DNA of 57,000 nucleotides from Candidatus Obscuribacter sp. (GCA_021772155.1 JADYXS010000383.1:1-57000), one strand, 5' to 3'. Shown: positions 43,083 through 53,203, counted from the stretch's first letter. Numbers and translations: made by a program. Notes: a model not told the origin generated them from the sequence alone.

Positions 43083-43319
43083 AATTGCTCCGGCTGTAGG
43101 CATTCTTTGGTAAACGGCGACTCGACGGTTAGCTAAGCAGCCACCATGAAAAACGACCAATGTTAGCAGACTACGAACTCCTGGAAGTCTTTCGAAGATT
43201 CCACTGATAGGGTCCGGCGGACCTGGAGTGGGTAAGATGACGGTGTAAGGAGCAAAATATGGCCTGGCCTACGCCACAGGACTACAACGAAGCAGTCCAA
43301 AATCCGCGACATTGCTTTC

Positions 43320-44246
43320 GTGCCGCATGTGATGCCCTCTGCTCAGGTCTATGCGCATCATTTGTATGTTTCCGTGGTTCGCGCTCGCAATGGCAATCTT
43401 CGAACGGCCATATTTGAGAACCACAAAAACCAGGCGAGCAATTATAGTGACATAAATGCCGTTTTCCATTGCACCATACGCAGTGAAGCCAAGGCATTGA
43501 AGTTATTCTGTCAACCGATCGATTCTGCAGTGCGCAGATTTGAAATTACCGCTCGAGTCATAGAGCAGTCTTTACAGGTCACTGATGCCCTTTTGCCAAT
43601 CGAGCTGCTGGCCGAAGCCATAGAAATCGATGACGTATGGTATCCAGGCGTACTAATGCCGTGGGTAGAGGAGAGTCGTAACCTCGGTCAGATTATGCGC
43701 ACCACGAAAGCCGATTTCGATCATACTTTGCTGAGAGTATTCCGCCGAATGATACGGTCTTTGCGGAGATCCAATTTGGCTCACGGAAAACTCGAACCGA
43801 AAAATATTCTTGTGTCAGGGAACCGGAATTTATTGGAACCCCGCCTAACTCTGGTCGACTACGATAAGCTCTGCTCGCCGGAACTGTTAGCGAATAGCAT
43901 TGGTGCCGCATACCCTATATCTACACCGTTTCGGCATCCGCAAGCCTCCGTCGACGAGTTTCATCTTAAAATGGATAACTTCCCGGCCTGGTTGATTGAT
44001 ACCGCGCTCCTTGTCTGGTCTTTCGACAGGGCACTTTTTCATAGTCTTAATATTGCGTCGGGCGAACCGGTACTTGGGTCGGAAGATTTAAAAGCGCCAG
44101 GGGAATCGTCCCGGTTTAAGGTTCTACTTAAGCATCAAACCCGAGAAATTAGCGAGCGCGCACAATTGCTCCTCAAACTAGCCAGATTGACGCCGGATTC
44201 GATCCCAGATCTAACGCTTGACGGTGCGTTTCCGACAACCTTTTGA
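43320..44246 (+). CDS. protein-kinase-like fold protein with an inactive catalytic loop; the N-terminus appears frameshifted relative to an SD-preceded ORF starting at 43259
   Basis: The catalytic-loop-like AHGKLEPKNILV (nt 43782 onward) has Lys where HGD/HRD kinases have Asp. The DFG-equivalent is LVDYDKL. Upstream, AAGGAG-N6-ATG at 43259 opens a different frame encoding MAWPTPQDYNEAVQNPRHCF, then stops at ~43413. See findings. Confidence 0.65.
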   Translation: MPHVMPSAQVYAHHLYVSVVRARNGNLRTAIFENHKNQASNYSDINAVFHCTIRSEAKALKLFCQPIDSAVRRFEITARVIEQSLQVTDALLPIELLAEAIEIDDVWYPGVLMPWVEESRNLGQIMRTTKADFDHTLLRVFRRMIRSLRRSNLAHGKLEPKNILVSGNRNLLEPRLTLVDYDKLCSPELLANSIGAAYPISTPFRHPQASVDEFHLKMDNFPAWLIDTALLVWSFDRALFHSLNIASGEPVLGSEDLKAPGESSRFKVLLKHQTREISERAQLLLKLARLTPDSIPDLTLDGAFPTTF

Positions 44247-44434
44247 CCAACCGAAATGTTTGCGAAGCGGCAAGCGTTCAAACTTGCACTATTTGAGTAA
44301 CACCTAACCCCAAAATAGAGCAGTGCGTAAAGAGCTCCTCGCAGCACACACTTAGTTTGAAGATGTGCGCTCTGGGTATTTAGTGGTAGCATCAGCACTG
44401 CAGCTGCCGCCCGACAAGAGAAGATTGAAAAACA

Positions 44435-45202
44435 ATGCCTAACCCCGAAGATAATCGAAATAACCGTAAGCTTTTTGACCGGTATCAGATCACGGCGTCG
44501 ATATACGACTTGATCGATCCGCTCTTTCCGGGATTGATTCTCTTCGAATTTGTAAATTATGGACGTGGTGACGCTGAGCTGGCGGGGATCGTTGAAATCA
44601 GCATCAAGGACGACGTGGAACTAGCGGCCCTTATCACCACTGCAGTCGAGCGGCTCGCACACAACGAAGTCTTGCCGCTGTCGGCAGATGGGCTAGCTGT
44701 CGTTCAATCGGAGCAGGAACCAACGAGTTGGCGAGTGATGATCGCCACTGGCAGTAAGACGGACTTCGTCCTCTGGGCGGAAGTGGAAGCGATTAGTCCT
44801 GACGGGAGCTTTACGACCATTCGAAGTGGTCACTTGGGAGGAGCAGTAGCTCGGCGTTTGCAAGCGGAGTGGGATTCAATATTCAACTTATTGTTGGAAC
44901 GCAATCCGAAGCTGGTGCCGATTCAACACGAATGCTCGACGTGCAAAGCCAATTGGGAGGAGGGCGAATTCTCTGAGCAGTCAGTATGTGTGGAGTGTTC
45001 CGGTTTCGCCAAAGAAAGGCCATGCCAATGTGCCCCAGGATGCGACGGATTCGTTATCCGCGACACAGCTGCAACTCACATAAATCAAGAGGCGCGTACA
45101 TTTCCCTGCGCGCGTTCGGACCAACGCGGAATAGATTGGACGGCTGATCCTTGGGCTGCGGAGGCCTTGGCGCGCAAGTTAAAAGTCCTGGCGCAGGATT
45201 AG
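44435..45202 (+). CDS. hypothetical protein with a Cys-rich C-terminal module
   Basis: 255-aa ORF with an ATG start. C-terminal HECSTCKANWEEGEFSEQSVCVECSGFAKERPCQCAPGCDG (CxxC..CxxC..CxC..C). No family recognised. Confidence 0.65.
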   Translation: MPNPEDNRNNRKLFDRYQITASIYDLIDPLFPGLILFEFVNYGRGDAELAGIVEISIKDDVELAALITTAVERLAHNEVLPLSADGLAVVQSEQEPTSWRVMIATGSKTDFVLWAEVEAISPDGSFTTIRSGHLGGAVARRLQAEWDSIFNLLLERNPKLVPIQHECSTCKANWEEGEFSEQSVCVECSGFAKERPCQCAPGCDGFVIRDTAATHINQEARTFPCARSDQRGIDWTADPWAAEALARKLKVLAQD

Positions 45203-45449
45203 ATTCTCAAGAGTAGTGCTCCCGACTGGTGGCAACTGGCGCTGCGGCCGGAGCCTTCGGCGGTGCTTACCTGGCGCGCGAGCGGATGCTTCTTGACGCG
45301 AATTGTTCGCCACCCAAGCTACCTTTTATTAGGCAAGATTAGAAGGAAGCCACGGTCCTTATTTGGTTTCACTTGCTGGTCTATTGAATTGCGGTATGAC
45401 ACAATTGCGGCGCGGCGAAGGTCGAATATCACGCACCATGGGAGTCGAA

Positions 45450-47066
45450 ATGAGCCGGGTTGAAATCGCAAGAGTATTGTCATGCATGTCTGTGTTGCTT
45501 CTTCAGCCTGGACTGATCAGCGCGCAAGCAGCGACAACCAAAGACGTCCCTGGGCGGCGGGCGCTGAAAACAGATTCTTCTCGCTCGATGTCGGCATCGG
45601 TGAGCCAGGAGCGGCTTCAAAACGCAATTTTAGCGATAGAAAAGTTAGCGAAGAAACAAGTTGACGACAAGATTGTCCCGGGCCTGTCGATTGCTATTGT
45701 GCACGATGACAAAGTTGTTTTTGCCAAAGGCTTTGGTTCGCGTGAGGTTGGCAAGCCAGAAATGGTAGATGCCGATACTGTGTTTCAGCTAGCCTCAATT
45801 TCAAAGTCAGTTTCTTCAACTGTGGTGGCAGCACTCGTATCCGAGGGAAAAGTCGGCTGGGACTCACGAATAAGTCAGCTCGACCCTGGATTTCAAATGA
45901 ACGATCCCTGGGTGACCCGGGAGCTCACCATACGTGATTTGCTCGCGCATCGCAGCGGGCTTCCCGAGCATGCCGGGGATTTGCTTGAGGACATCGGTTA
46001 CGATCGGGCACAAGTTCTCTATCGCTTGCGCTATCAAAAACCGGATAGCAGCTTTCGTTCAGAATATGCTTATACGAATTTTGGATTCAGTGAAGGTGCC
46101 ATCGCCGCGGCCCGTTCTTGCAACGCGGGTTGGGAAGATCTGTCAGAAGCGAAGCTCTTCCAACCGTTGGGCATGACCTCTACAAGTGCGCGCTATGCCG
46201 ACTTTTGGGGGCGCACGAATAAAGCTGTCGGGCACGTTTTGGTCGACGGCGCTTGGGTGCACCATAACCAACGCAATCCGGACGCGCAATCGCCAGCAGG
46301 TGGTGTAAGCTCATCAGCCAATGATATGGCCCGTTGGATGCGGCTGCAAATCGCTGCTGGCAAGTACGACGGCAAGCAAATTATCTCTGCGGCAGCACTG
46401 GAAGAAACACACCATCCTCAGATACTTACGCATTTTAGTCCTGCTAACGGACTGCCAGATTTTTACGGACTTGGTTTAAACGTAAACTATGATCAAGCCG
46501 GGCTACTGCATTTGGGGCACTCGGGTGCATTTGCGATGGGCGCTGCCACCACAGTGAGTATGGTGCCGGCCAAGAGTGTGGGTATTTGTGTTCTGACGAA
46601 CGCGTATCCGATCGGCGTTGCGGAAAGTTTAGCTACAACTTTTACAGATCTGGTTCTCTACGGCGAAACAAGCAGAGACTGGTTCGCTCTATTCAAGCAG
46701 CTTTTCTCTGACCCTGCGGCTCTCGGTATCAGCCAGGGATACGACTATAGCCGAGCTCCAGCATCTGCAACAGCCGCCTTGAAAAATGGTGCATACGCGG
46801 GCAGGTATGTGAACGACTTCTTTGGAGAACTTGAGATTATCGACAAAGATGGTGATCTGGCAATGGTGATCGGACCTAGGAAAATGACTTTCCCGATGAA
46901 GCATTATGAGCGCGACATCTTTACTTACGAAGCAGAGACCGAAAACTTAACTGGAAGGAGTGGGCTTAGATTCAGCATCGGCGCGGACGGCAGAGCCGCA
47001 AATATGTTGGTCGAAAATCTCAACGTTCATGGGCAAGGGCTATTCAACCGCATCATCACGGAATGA
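45450..47066 (+). CDS. serine hydrolase, class C beta-lactamase/penicillin-binding-protein family, with a C-terminal lipocalin-like extension
   Basis: GGAG lies 5 nt upstream of the ATG at 45450. Signal peptide MSRVEIARVLSCMSVLLLQPGLISAQA. SxxK motif FQLASISKSV, YTNFGF (YxN), and LGHSGA (HxG). Confidence 0.9.
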   Translation: MSRVEIARVLSCMSVLLLQPGLISAQAATTKDVPGRRALKTDSSRSMSASVSQERLQNAILAIEKLAKKQVDDKIVPGLSIAIVHDDKVVFAKGFGSREVGKPEMVDADTVFQLASISKSVSSTVVAALVSEGKVGWDSRISQLDPGFQMNDPWVTRELTIRDLLAHRSGLPEHAGDLLEDIGYDRAQVLYRLRYQKPDSSFRSEYAYTNFGFSEGAIAAARSCNAGWEDLSEAKLFQPLGMTSTSARYADFWGRTNKAVGHVLVDGAWVHHNQRNPDAQSPAGGVSSSANDMARWMRLQIAAGKYDGKQIISAAALEETHHPQILTHFSPANGLPDFYGLGLNVNYDQAGLLHLGHSGAFAMGAATTVSMVPAKSVGICVLTNAYPIGVAESLATTFTDLVLYGETSRDWFALFKQLFSDPAALGISQGYDYSRAPASATAALKNGAYAGRYVNDFFGELEIIDKDGDLAMVIGPRKMTFPMKHYERDIFTYEAETENLTGRSGLRFSIGADGRAANMLVENLNVHGQGLFNRIITE

Positions 47067-47111
47067 ATGACGGACAGCCACAACTGAGAATCGAGTTTGT
47101 TGTTTCGGAAT

Positions 47112-47792
47112 CTAATTTCTCGAAGGCGGTATCGACTGAGATTCAACGTTAGCTGCAAATTTTCTATCTTGATTTAGCGTTATGATCTTTACGATTTTGA
47201 GAAGGCATAACGCTGCCACCACTGAGAAGATATCGCTTCCTCCCGTCAAAACGTCAGCTATGGCGCCGGAACTCGAATCGTCTTTGAGAACCAACTTGAA
47301 TGCCGCTTGACCAAGAATTCCTTGTAACAGCCAAAGACCCCACCAAAGGCCCATCACCCCGGGTGGTTTGATTGTTTTCCAATTGTCGGCCGTGGAAGCA
47401 GGGTCGCTTGCTTGCCAGATTTCTTTCATGACCTGATAGGGGCGGAACAAGTTCAGTACTGGGATGAACCAGCTCCACATAGCAATTGTCGGGCTCGTCC
47501 GCAGTCCTGGAATTTGCAGCTTATGAAGATTGCTATAAGCCAAGTGCATCCAACGAAGGAAAAATACCATTATCGTAATTACGATGATGATTTGGACAAC
47601 CCCAATTCCCCCCATTGCAAATACAAAACCGAGAGCTTGGTCAGTCGGCTCGGCAGCATTAGTGTCTATGCCCATCATCGCCGTCAGAACTAGAAGGGAG
47701 AACGCGCCGGCGTCCACGATCATGCCGATCGTCAGCAGAATGCAGGCAATTCTTGCTCGACCGCCGAGATGTTCAAAGTTTAGGTGGCTCAT
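47112..47792 (-). CDS. DUF4328 domain-containing membrane protein
   Basis: Multi-TM protein with the family-typical LRWMHLAYSNLHKL..GLRTSPTIAMWSWFIPVLNLFRPYQVMKEIWQASDP. Confidence 0.78.
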   Translation of the reverse strand: MSHLNFEHLGGRARIACILLTIGMIVDAGAFSLLVLTAMMGIDTNAAEPTDQALGFVFAMGGIGVVQIIIVITIMVFFLRWMHLAYSNLHKLQIPGLRTSPTIAMWSWFIPVLNLFRPYQVMKEIWQASDPASTADNWKTIKPPGVMGLWWGLWLLQGILGQAAFKLVLKDDSSSGAIADVLTGGSDIFSVVAALCLLKIVKIITLNQDRKFAANVESQSIPPSRN

Positions 47793-47921
47793 ATTTTTCT
47801 CTTGCGCTCGTAAGGAAGCGTGCCGAGGATTTTATGCCCTAAAGGACAAATTTTGGACCACTTTCAAGAATATTTCTAAGCCAAACCGACTATTCTGGAT
47901 ATTTGCAAAATTCTGCCGATA

Positions 47922-48782
47922 TCAAGCTTTAGCGGGCTGCAGTACGTTCAGAGCCGGTACGCTAAGCCCATCGAAATATGTGCCGAGTTGATCGAGTGAG
48001 AATTGCACGCCCGAATAGAACTCGCCGAAGTCACCGTACTTCGCACTGGCTTCGTCGAAACGCATTTCATAAATCAGCTTTTTGAAAACCATCGGGTCGT
48101 CGGCGTAGAGATCGACGCCCCACTCGTAGTCGTCGAAGCCAATAGACCCTGAGATCACCTGATTCACCAGGCCGTGATAAGTCCGTCCGATCTTGCCGTG
48201 CTCTAACATCAAACGGGCACGGTCCTCGAAAGGCAGCATGTACCAGTTGACTTCTTCGCCGCGCTTTTTATCCATTGGATAGAAGCAAACGTATCGGCGT
48301 TGCGGAACGCGCGCCCACAGACGTCCCGCATTGTGGGGAAGTCGTTGCTGCTCCTGCAGCATCTCGTCAAATGCCTCGTGCCATTCTTGCGACGCAGGCT
48401 TGAGATTTCGTTCGCTTAACGCAGCGTGAATCTTGCCGGTTGCGTCGTACAAGCCAAGTTCAAGTACAGAAACATAAGATGTGCAAGGTGTGAGAAATTC
48501 TGCCAGGCGCAACTTGTCAACAAGCGTCTGCGCATGCGCTAATCCTTCGTAGTTCTTGCTGTAATGGGTCAGCATTAGGTCTGCTTTATGCCCGACCAGT
48601 TGCGCAAGGCCGACATCAGTGTCTTCAGGCTTCTTGAGGGACTCCAGTGCTAGCATCGCTTCGCGAACAATATCTGCACGCTCGTCTTTCGGGAGCTTGT
48701 CCCACAAGAAGCGGTCGACCGCAAACATGCGGTGGAGTATCCACCAACTTTCCAGTGATTCGGGAACAGCGGGATGGCGCAT
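47922..48782 (-). CDS. hemQ: chlorite dismutase family protein, HemQ/ChdC-like (coproheme decarboxylase)
   Basis: RRYVCFYPMDKKRGEEVNWYMLPFEDRARLMLEHGKIGRTYHGLVNQVISGSIGFDDYEWGVDLYADDPMVFKKLIYEMRFDEASAKY. AAGGAG lies 9 nt upstream of the ATG. Confidence 0.85.
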   Translation of the reverse strand: MRHPAVPESLESWWILHRMFAVDRFLWDKLPKDERADIVREAMLALESLKKPEDTDVGLAQLVGHKADLMLTHYSKNYEGLAHAQTLVDKLRLAEFLTPCTSYVSVLELGLYDATGKIHAALSERNLKPASQEWHEAFDEMLQEQQRLPHNAGRLWARVPQRRYVCFYPMDKKRGEEVNWYMLPFEDRARLMLEHGKIGRTYHGLVNQVISGSIGFDDYEWGVDLYADDPMVFKKLIYEMRFDEASAKYGDFGEFYSGVQFSLDQLGTYFDGLSVPALNVLQPAKA

Positions 48783-49032
48783 GGAATATGGCTCCTTGAA
48801 AACCTGCGTGGACGTTTATAGCCTAGCACTTGGCTTGAAAAGGGCGTGGATACTAAGCAAGTCTTTGTATTCGGACGAAGTTTTTCTTACGGCAATATTC
48901 AGCCAGCGACCCATCCGCTAAGTAGCGTGTCGATTCGAAGAGTAGCTCAAGTGCACCGAAAACGCTTACGTTACTTTCGTCCGGGCACCGTATGTGGTGA
49001 CCATGTTTCGGTCCGTCCCCTTCAATCGCTCG

Positions 49033-50016
49033 TCAGCGATTCAATGCCTTGAGTATATGTTGCTGCCACTGTTGATGCTTGTTGGAACTGTGGTCATCCA
49101 TGGATTGATGTGCGGTTTCTACAATAGCGGCCGCTGCTTCGGATGATACTGCAGCCAGGGCGTAGCAAACGTCGTCTGGGACACGCGACTTGGTGCCCGC
49201 GCAGGATTTTACGTGGGCTGCAACTGCAGCACCAACCGCCAGATATTGGCGATAGCATCCGGCAAGTGATACAAGCTCGGCGAGGTTTTCGCCCGATGTG
49301 CCCTCGGTGTGCGCTGCGGCAACACCCGTGCCTAGCCAGATATCTGATCTGCGACATGCATCGAAGTTGGCGATTGCTTCTGCAATTTTAGCGGCGTCGC
49401 CACCGAAGATGAACCACAAACTTCGCCCGAGTCCCTGATCGAATACCTTATAGGCATATTCCGGCAGCTTGGGCAGCTTCGGACGCTGCCGCTGCGCAAT
49501 GTATCTGCGCGGATTACATAGCGACTGCTGAAAGCCGAATCCGTCAAGCGCGAACCACTGCCACACTGAAGCAGTCGAATCGTCTGCAACCGCGCGCGGT
49601 GCGACGCCGAGAATGCCAAATCCCATGCCGAGTCCGGTGTGGATTTCATAGGGATGGACAGTGGAGCTTGCATCGTGCAGTTTGGTCCACTTGCTCGCGC
49701 GCCACCACATGAGGCGGTCGGATATCGCAAGGCCCATTGCTTCGCCTTCTACAAAGGCGCCGACCATCTGCATGTCGCCCGCGCGGAAGATCGCCGCTTC
49801 TGACTCCATGACCTCGCCGCGCAAGCCCTGGATGACCCCTGTAAGAAATACTTTTTTGGTAATTGCAAATCTATCTTGGCTGGTGGGCTGGCGACGACTG
49901 TGTGACAGCTCGTTGACAAGCGACAGAATGGGCCGCCAACGGCGACCGACTGGTTCGAATTTGCTTCTTGAAGTGCTCAAGGCAATCTCACTGGGAAGAA
50001 CTACCGGTATTTGCAA
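49033..50016 (-). CDS. hypothetical protein, tentatively DUF1702-like
   Basis: 327-aa ORF with a TTG start. Blocks such as FVEGEAMGLAISD, HTGLGMGFGILG and ALDGFGFQQS recall my memory of DUF1702 (EGAAMGLA.., G.GWA.., DGYGFH). The family call is tentative and the CDS itself is likely. Confidence 0.5.
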   Translation of the reverse strand: MQIPVVLPSEIALSTSRSKFEPVGRRWRPILSLVNELSHSRRQPTSQDRFAITKKVFLTGVIQGLRGEVMESEAAIFRAGDMQMVGAFVEGEAMGLAISDRLMWWRASKWTKLHDASSTVHPYEIHTGLGMGFGILGVAPRAVADDSTASVWQWFALDGFGFQQSLCNPRRYIAQRQRPKLPKLPEYAYKVFDQGLGRSLWFIFGGDAAKIAEAIANFDACRRSDIWLGTGVAAAHTEGTSGENLAELVSLAGCYRQYLAVGAAVAAHVKSCAGTKSRVPDDVCYALAAVSSEAAAAIVETAHQSMDDHSSNKHQQWQQHILKALNR

Positions 50017-50206
50017 TAAGCCCGGATACTCAATCTTTCGAGTTGGTGAAAGATTAGATGTATCTCATATTAGTGCCGAGAATGAGGAAAGTCAAGCCAC
50101 CTGCTCGTTAATTCGAGGCGCGAAGAGGTCCAGGGGTGGGCGCGGCAATTTTGCTGACAGTCTGACTGAACGCGCAGTTGCCAGGACGCTTGAAACCGCT
50201 CCAAGC

Positions 50207-51076
50207 TCAGTGCGGTTTGGTCGCAGAAAAGATACCTTGAACGCACAGTCCCTTTTTTGTGGCAAGAAACGCATCGCGAGCGGCACGGCAATATCCGTGG
50301 AGCACCGGCGAAACGAGTCCGAATCTAGTCAGTATCGACAAGACCGGCGTCAGATATAGGGCCGAACGGTAACACCTGTGGTGTGAGGGACTGAAGTGTC
50401 GCTGCAAGTCTTCGAATTTCGTTTGGGCAAATCCTACGAGTTCTGCTTTATCAGCAAATTCCTCAATGGTATCAATATCGGTGGCACCCCAGCCGGACAG
50501 CCATGATGTCATCAGCTTTTCGTCAGACACGGAGATGCCACGATTGGTGCGAAACGCATCTAGCACCGATAGTCTTCCACCAGGTTTCAAAAGCCGAAGC
50601 ATCTCCTGAAGGAAGGCTGTTTTATCCGTTGCATAACATGCTGATTCGATTGCCATTACTGCGTCATAAGTATCGGGTGGAAAGTCGGTCTGCGTATAAT
50701 CGCCTAAGCTGAAAGTGGCATCATTGCTTGCAAGTCCCGACTCGAGTGCTAGCCGAGTAGCTTTGTCGGCATGCAACTGGACGTTAGTAATGCCATGAAC
50801 GCGCACATGATAAGTTTGTGCCAACCAGACGCCCGGGCCGCCAATGCCGCATCCTGCATCTACTACTAAGTGTCCAGGTTTCAGGTTCAACCGCTGTGCA
50901 GCCTGGCGCACCGTCTCTACTAGTGAATCGTCGTGGCTGATACTGCTTTCTACCGCATCCGGATAGTATCCGAAGTGAATCATGCGTGACGGTCCAGCCC
51001 AAAGCCGCTCCAGCAAAGCATCAGCTTGGCAGTAAAACTGCTCGATTTCCGCTTGCGAATGTTTAGTCGCTGCCAT
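50207..51076 (-). CDS. class I SAM-dependent methyltransferase
   Basis: Motif I VVDAGCGIGGPGVWLA. Post-I and motif II/III-like DAVMAIESACY and LLKPGGRLSV. Confidence 0.88.
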   Translation of the reverse strand: MAATKHSQAEIEQFYCQADALLERLWAGPSRMIHFGYYPDAVESSISHDDSLVETVRQAAQRLNLKPGHLVVDAGCGIGGPGVWLAQTYHVRVHGITNVQLHADKATRLALESGLASNDATFSLGDYTQTDFPPDTYDAVMAIESACYATDKTAFLQEMLRLLKPGGRLSVLDAFRTNRGISVSDEKLMTSWLSGWGATDIDTIEEFADKAELVGFAQTKFEDLQRHFSPSHHRCYRSALYLTPVLSILTRFGLVSPVLHGYCRAARDAFLATKKGLCVQGIFSATKPH

Positions 51077-51298
51077 GGCACAGAATCATATGTGGCTTTG
51101 GTACCTGATCGAGAAGCAGCATTTTACCCATCCGTTGATTCATTCATCAGGTAATGTGTCAGCATCTCTCCGACATCGTAACACCGATGCAAGCGCCTGT
51201 AGAGGGTATTTTACGGCCGCTGCTGTTCTGATGATGCCGAACAAGAGCATAGGCACACATCTGAAGAAAAACAGTCGTGATGAACAGACTCTACCGCT

Positions 51299-51787
51299 TT
51301 AATTGACCTTGCGTTTCAGCGGTATCACCCTGGACGAAATTTTCGTATACGAACCGCTCGCGTTCACATTGTGTCCGAAGCTGCAATCGGCATCGCTTCC
51401 CTCTTGTTTAATTGTACATTTTTTGTTTGAGAACGTGAGGGCGAGTTTCCCTGGACCATCAGGCGCTTTCCATAGTGCGGTGCTGCCTTTAAGAGGGATG
51501 TTGCCTTGAGCAGAGCCCATGTTCGCGGAGGATTCGCCCGTTGAGTCATGGAAGGTGTGGTACGCGTTGAGAAAGAACCAGATGTGACCGTTTTTTAGTT
51601 GAGAAACTCGAAGTCGGTTCGCAAGGTCGCCGGTGCCGGTTACGTATGTGCCGGTGACATTGGCCGGAGCGGTGGGCTTAGAGGATACCGGGTCCTTAGC
51701 ATCTTTTGCGAAGCACGCGCTGGGCACTGCATTTAGTATCATTGTAAAAGCGACGGCGACCAACACATTGAGTTCTAAGTTTTTCAT
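51299..51787 (-). CDS. secreted hypothetical protein
   Basis: The ATG at 51787 gives the signal peptide MKNLELNVLVAVAFTMILNAVPSACFA. No family recognised. Confidence 0.65.
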   Translation of the reverse strand: MKNLELNVLVAVAFTMILNAVPSACFAKDAKDPVSSKPTAPANVTGTYVTGTGDLANRLRVSQLKNGHIWFFLNAYHTFHDSTGESSANMGSAQGNIPLKGSTALWKAPDGPGKLALTFSNKKCTIKQEGSDADCSFGHNVNASGSYTKISSRVIPLKRKVN

Positions 51788-51958
51788 CGTAATAATCTCT
51801 CGCTTTTCTAGCCCTGCAATCCACTCTAAGCTCGTCCTGTAAAAGTACAAACCGTACGACGTAAAGCGTACGTAAATAACTTGTCCATTTTGCGTAGTAA
51901 CGCAGAAGTTACGTTGCCTCCACTACTGTGCCTAACAGGGCAAAGAGAGGGCACTATC

Positions 51959-53203
51959 ATGGATACAACAATCAACCAAATGGATTTAGTCGAAAATGGC
52001 TGTAAAACGGCGACCTTCGATGTTTGGCAAAACACAGTGGGGATGCAACTGGTTAATGCATACACCGCTGCCGACACAAGCTTGCCTTATCTTTCAGGGT
52101 TGACACTAACAACTGGCGAAGCTTCAACTCAGGGTAACGCTGGAATTTCACCGGATGCCGATAGTGACGCGAAGGCTGAAGAAATGAGCTTCCGCGCCGG
52201 ATATTATGCGGCAACGGACGTGCGAGTAAGGCAGCACTGTGTCGACGTTATCGACAGATTGATAGAATACGACGGTCCAGCAGTAGCCGATTATCTTTCC
52301 AAACTGTCGCCCGAAGAGTTAGAGAGAGTCGCCAATCGCTTCAATGAAATGATGGGTCCGGCTGGAGTCAAAGTAACGTTCGACAAAGCGAAAAACGAAT
52401 TCAAATTCGAGATTGCAATTCCCGATCCCGAATACGACCGTACTGATTACAGAGCGCTGACGGTATCTTTGAGTGCCAAAGATTGCAAGAGTTCGACCAA
52501 ATGCGTTTCTAATAAAGACGGAAGCGTATTGAGCAACGGTTCTTGCTCTGCAATTATATCGATTGAGCTCATAGTAGCAGCGCCTGCGTTCGCACAGGTG
52601 AAAGATGCCTGGCAGCGTCGAGACCGAAATGCCGTGGCGGATTACTTGAATCAAGAAGATCATGCCGGGAAGCGCGGAATGCCTACCGGTCTGCTGCTGA
52701 GAAGTTTGGAACTTCTTGCGTCAATCAATGGGTGCCCGGAGCTGAAATTACGTGGATTGGTAAGCGAACCGGAAGACTTACGACCGTTCCACCGGCGTCC
52801 AGACGACAGTGATCGGTTGTCCCCTGCACCGGAGGGCAAGTCGTATCACATCAATCCCGACACTGGCAAAGTGGAACTGTGCAACGATGCTGATGACGCC
52901 AAAATAAAGGACGACGCTATGAAGCGAGGATGGTACTACTATGTTGATCCAATCAACGGTTCCATTTTGCCAGTGAAGGTCAAAGACGGCGAGTGGGATT
53001 ACAGGCGTCTTCCCGTGGGTCCAAATGGTTCCACGCTACCGCATTATCGCGTAGATCCCAAGACCGGCGTAATTGAGAAGGTCATGCTGAAGCCGAAGAG
53101 CGGCGGAGTTACTCTTCCGGGAGATGAGATGTGGACGTCCATTCCCAAGACTCAACTGCGCCCGAGGGTTGTGCAACTCCAAGGCATTAATGTCGCCAAG
53201 TGA
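51959..53203 (+). CDS. hypothetical protein (no signal peptide) with three DPxTG/DPxNG-type short motifs near the C-terminus
   Basis: The ATG at 51959 is preceded by AGAGAGGG (the track start at 51881 is non-ATG). Motifs: HINPDTGKVEL, YVDPINGSILPV, YRVDPKTGVIEKV. No family recognised. Confidence 0.65.
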   Translation: MDTTINQMDLVENGCKTATFDVWQNTVGMQLVNAYTAADTSLPYLSGLTLTTGEASTQGNAGISPDADSDAKAEEMSFRAGYYAATDVRVRQHCVDVIDRLIEYDGPAVADYLSKLSPEELERVANRFNEMMGPAGVKVTFDKAKNEFKFEIAIPDPEYDRTDYRALTVSLSAKDCKSSTKCVSNKDGSVLSNGSCSAIISIELIVAAPAFAQVKDAWQRRDRNAVADYLNQEDHAGKRGMPTGLLLRSLELLASINGCPELKLRGLVSEPEDLRPFHRRPDDSDRLSPAPEGKSYHINPDTGKVELCNDADDAKIKDDAMKRGWYYYVDPINGSILPVKVKDGEWDYRRLPVGPNGSTLPHYRVDPKTGVIEKVMLKPKSGGVTLPGDEMWTSIPKTQLRPRVVQLQGINVAK

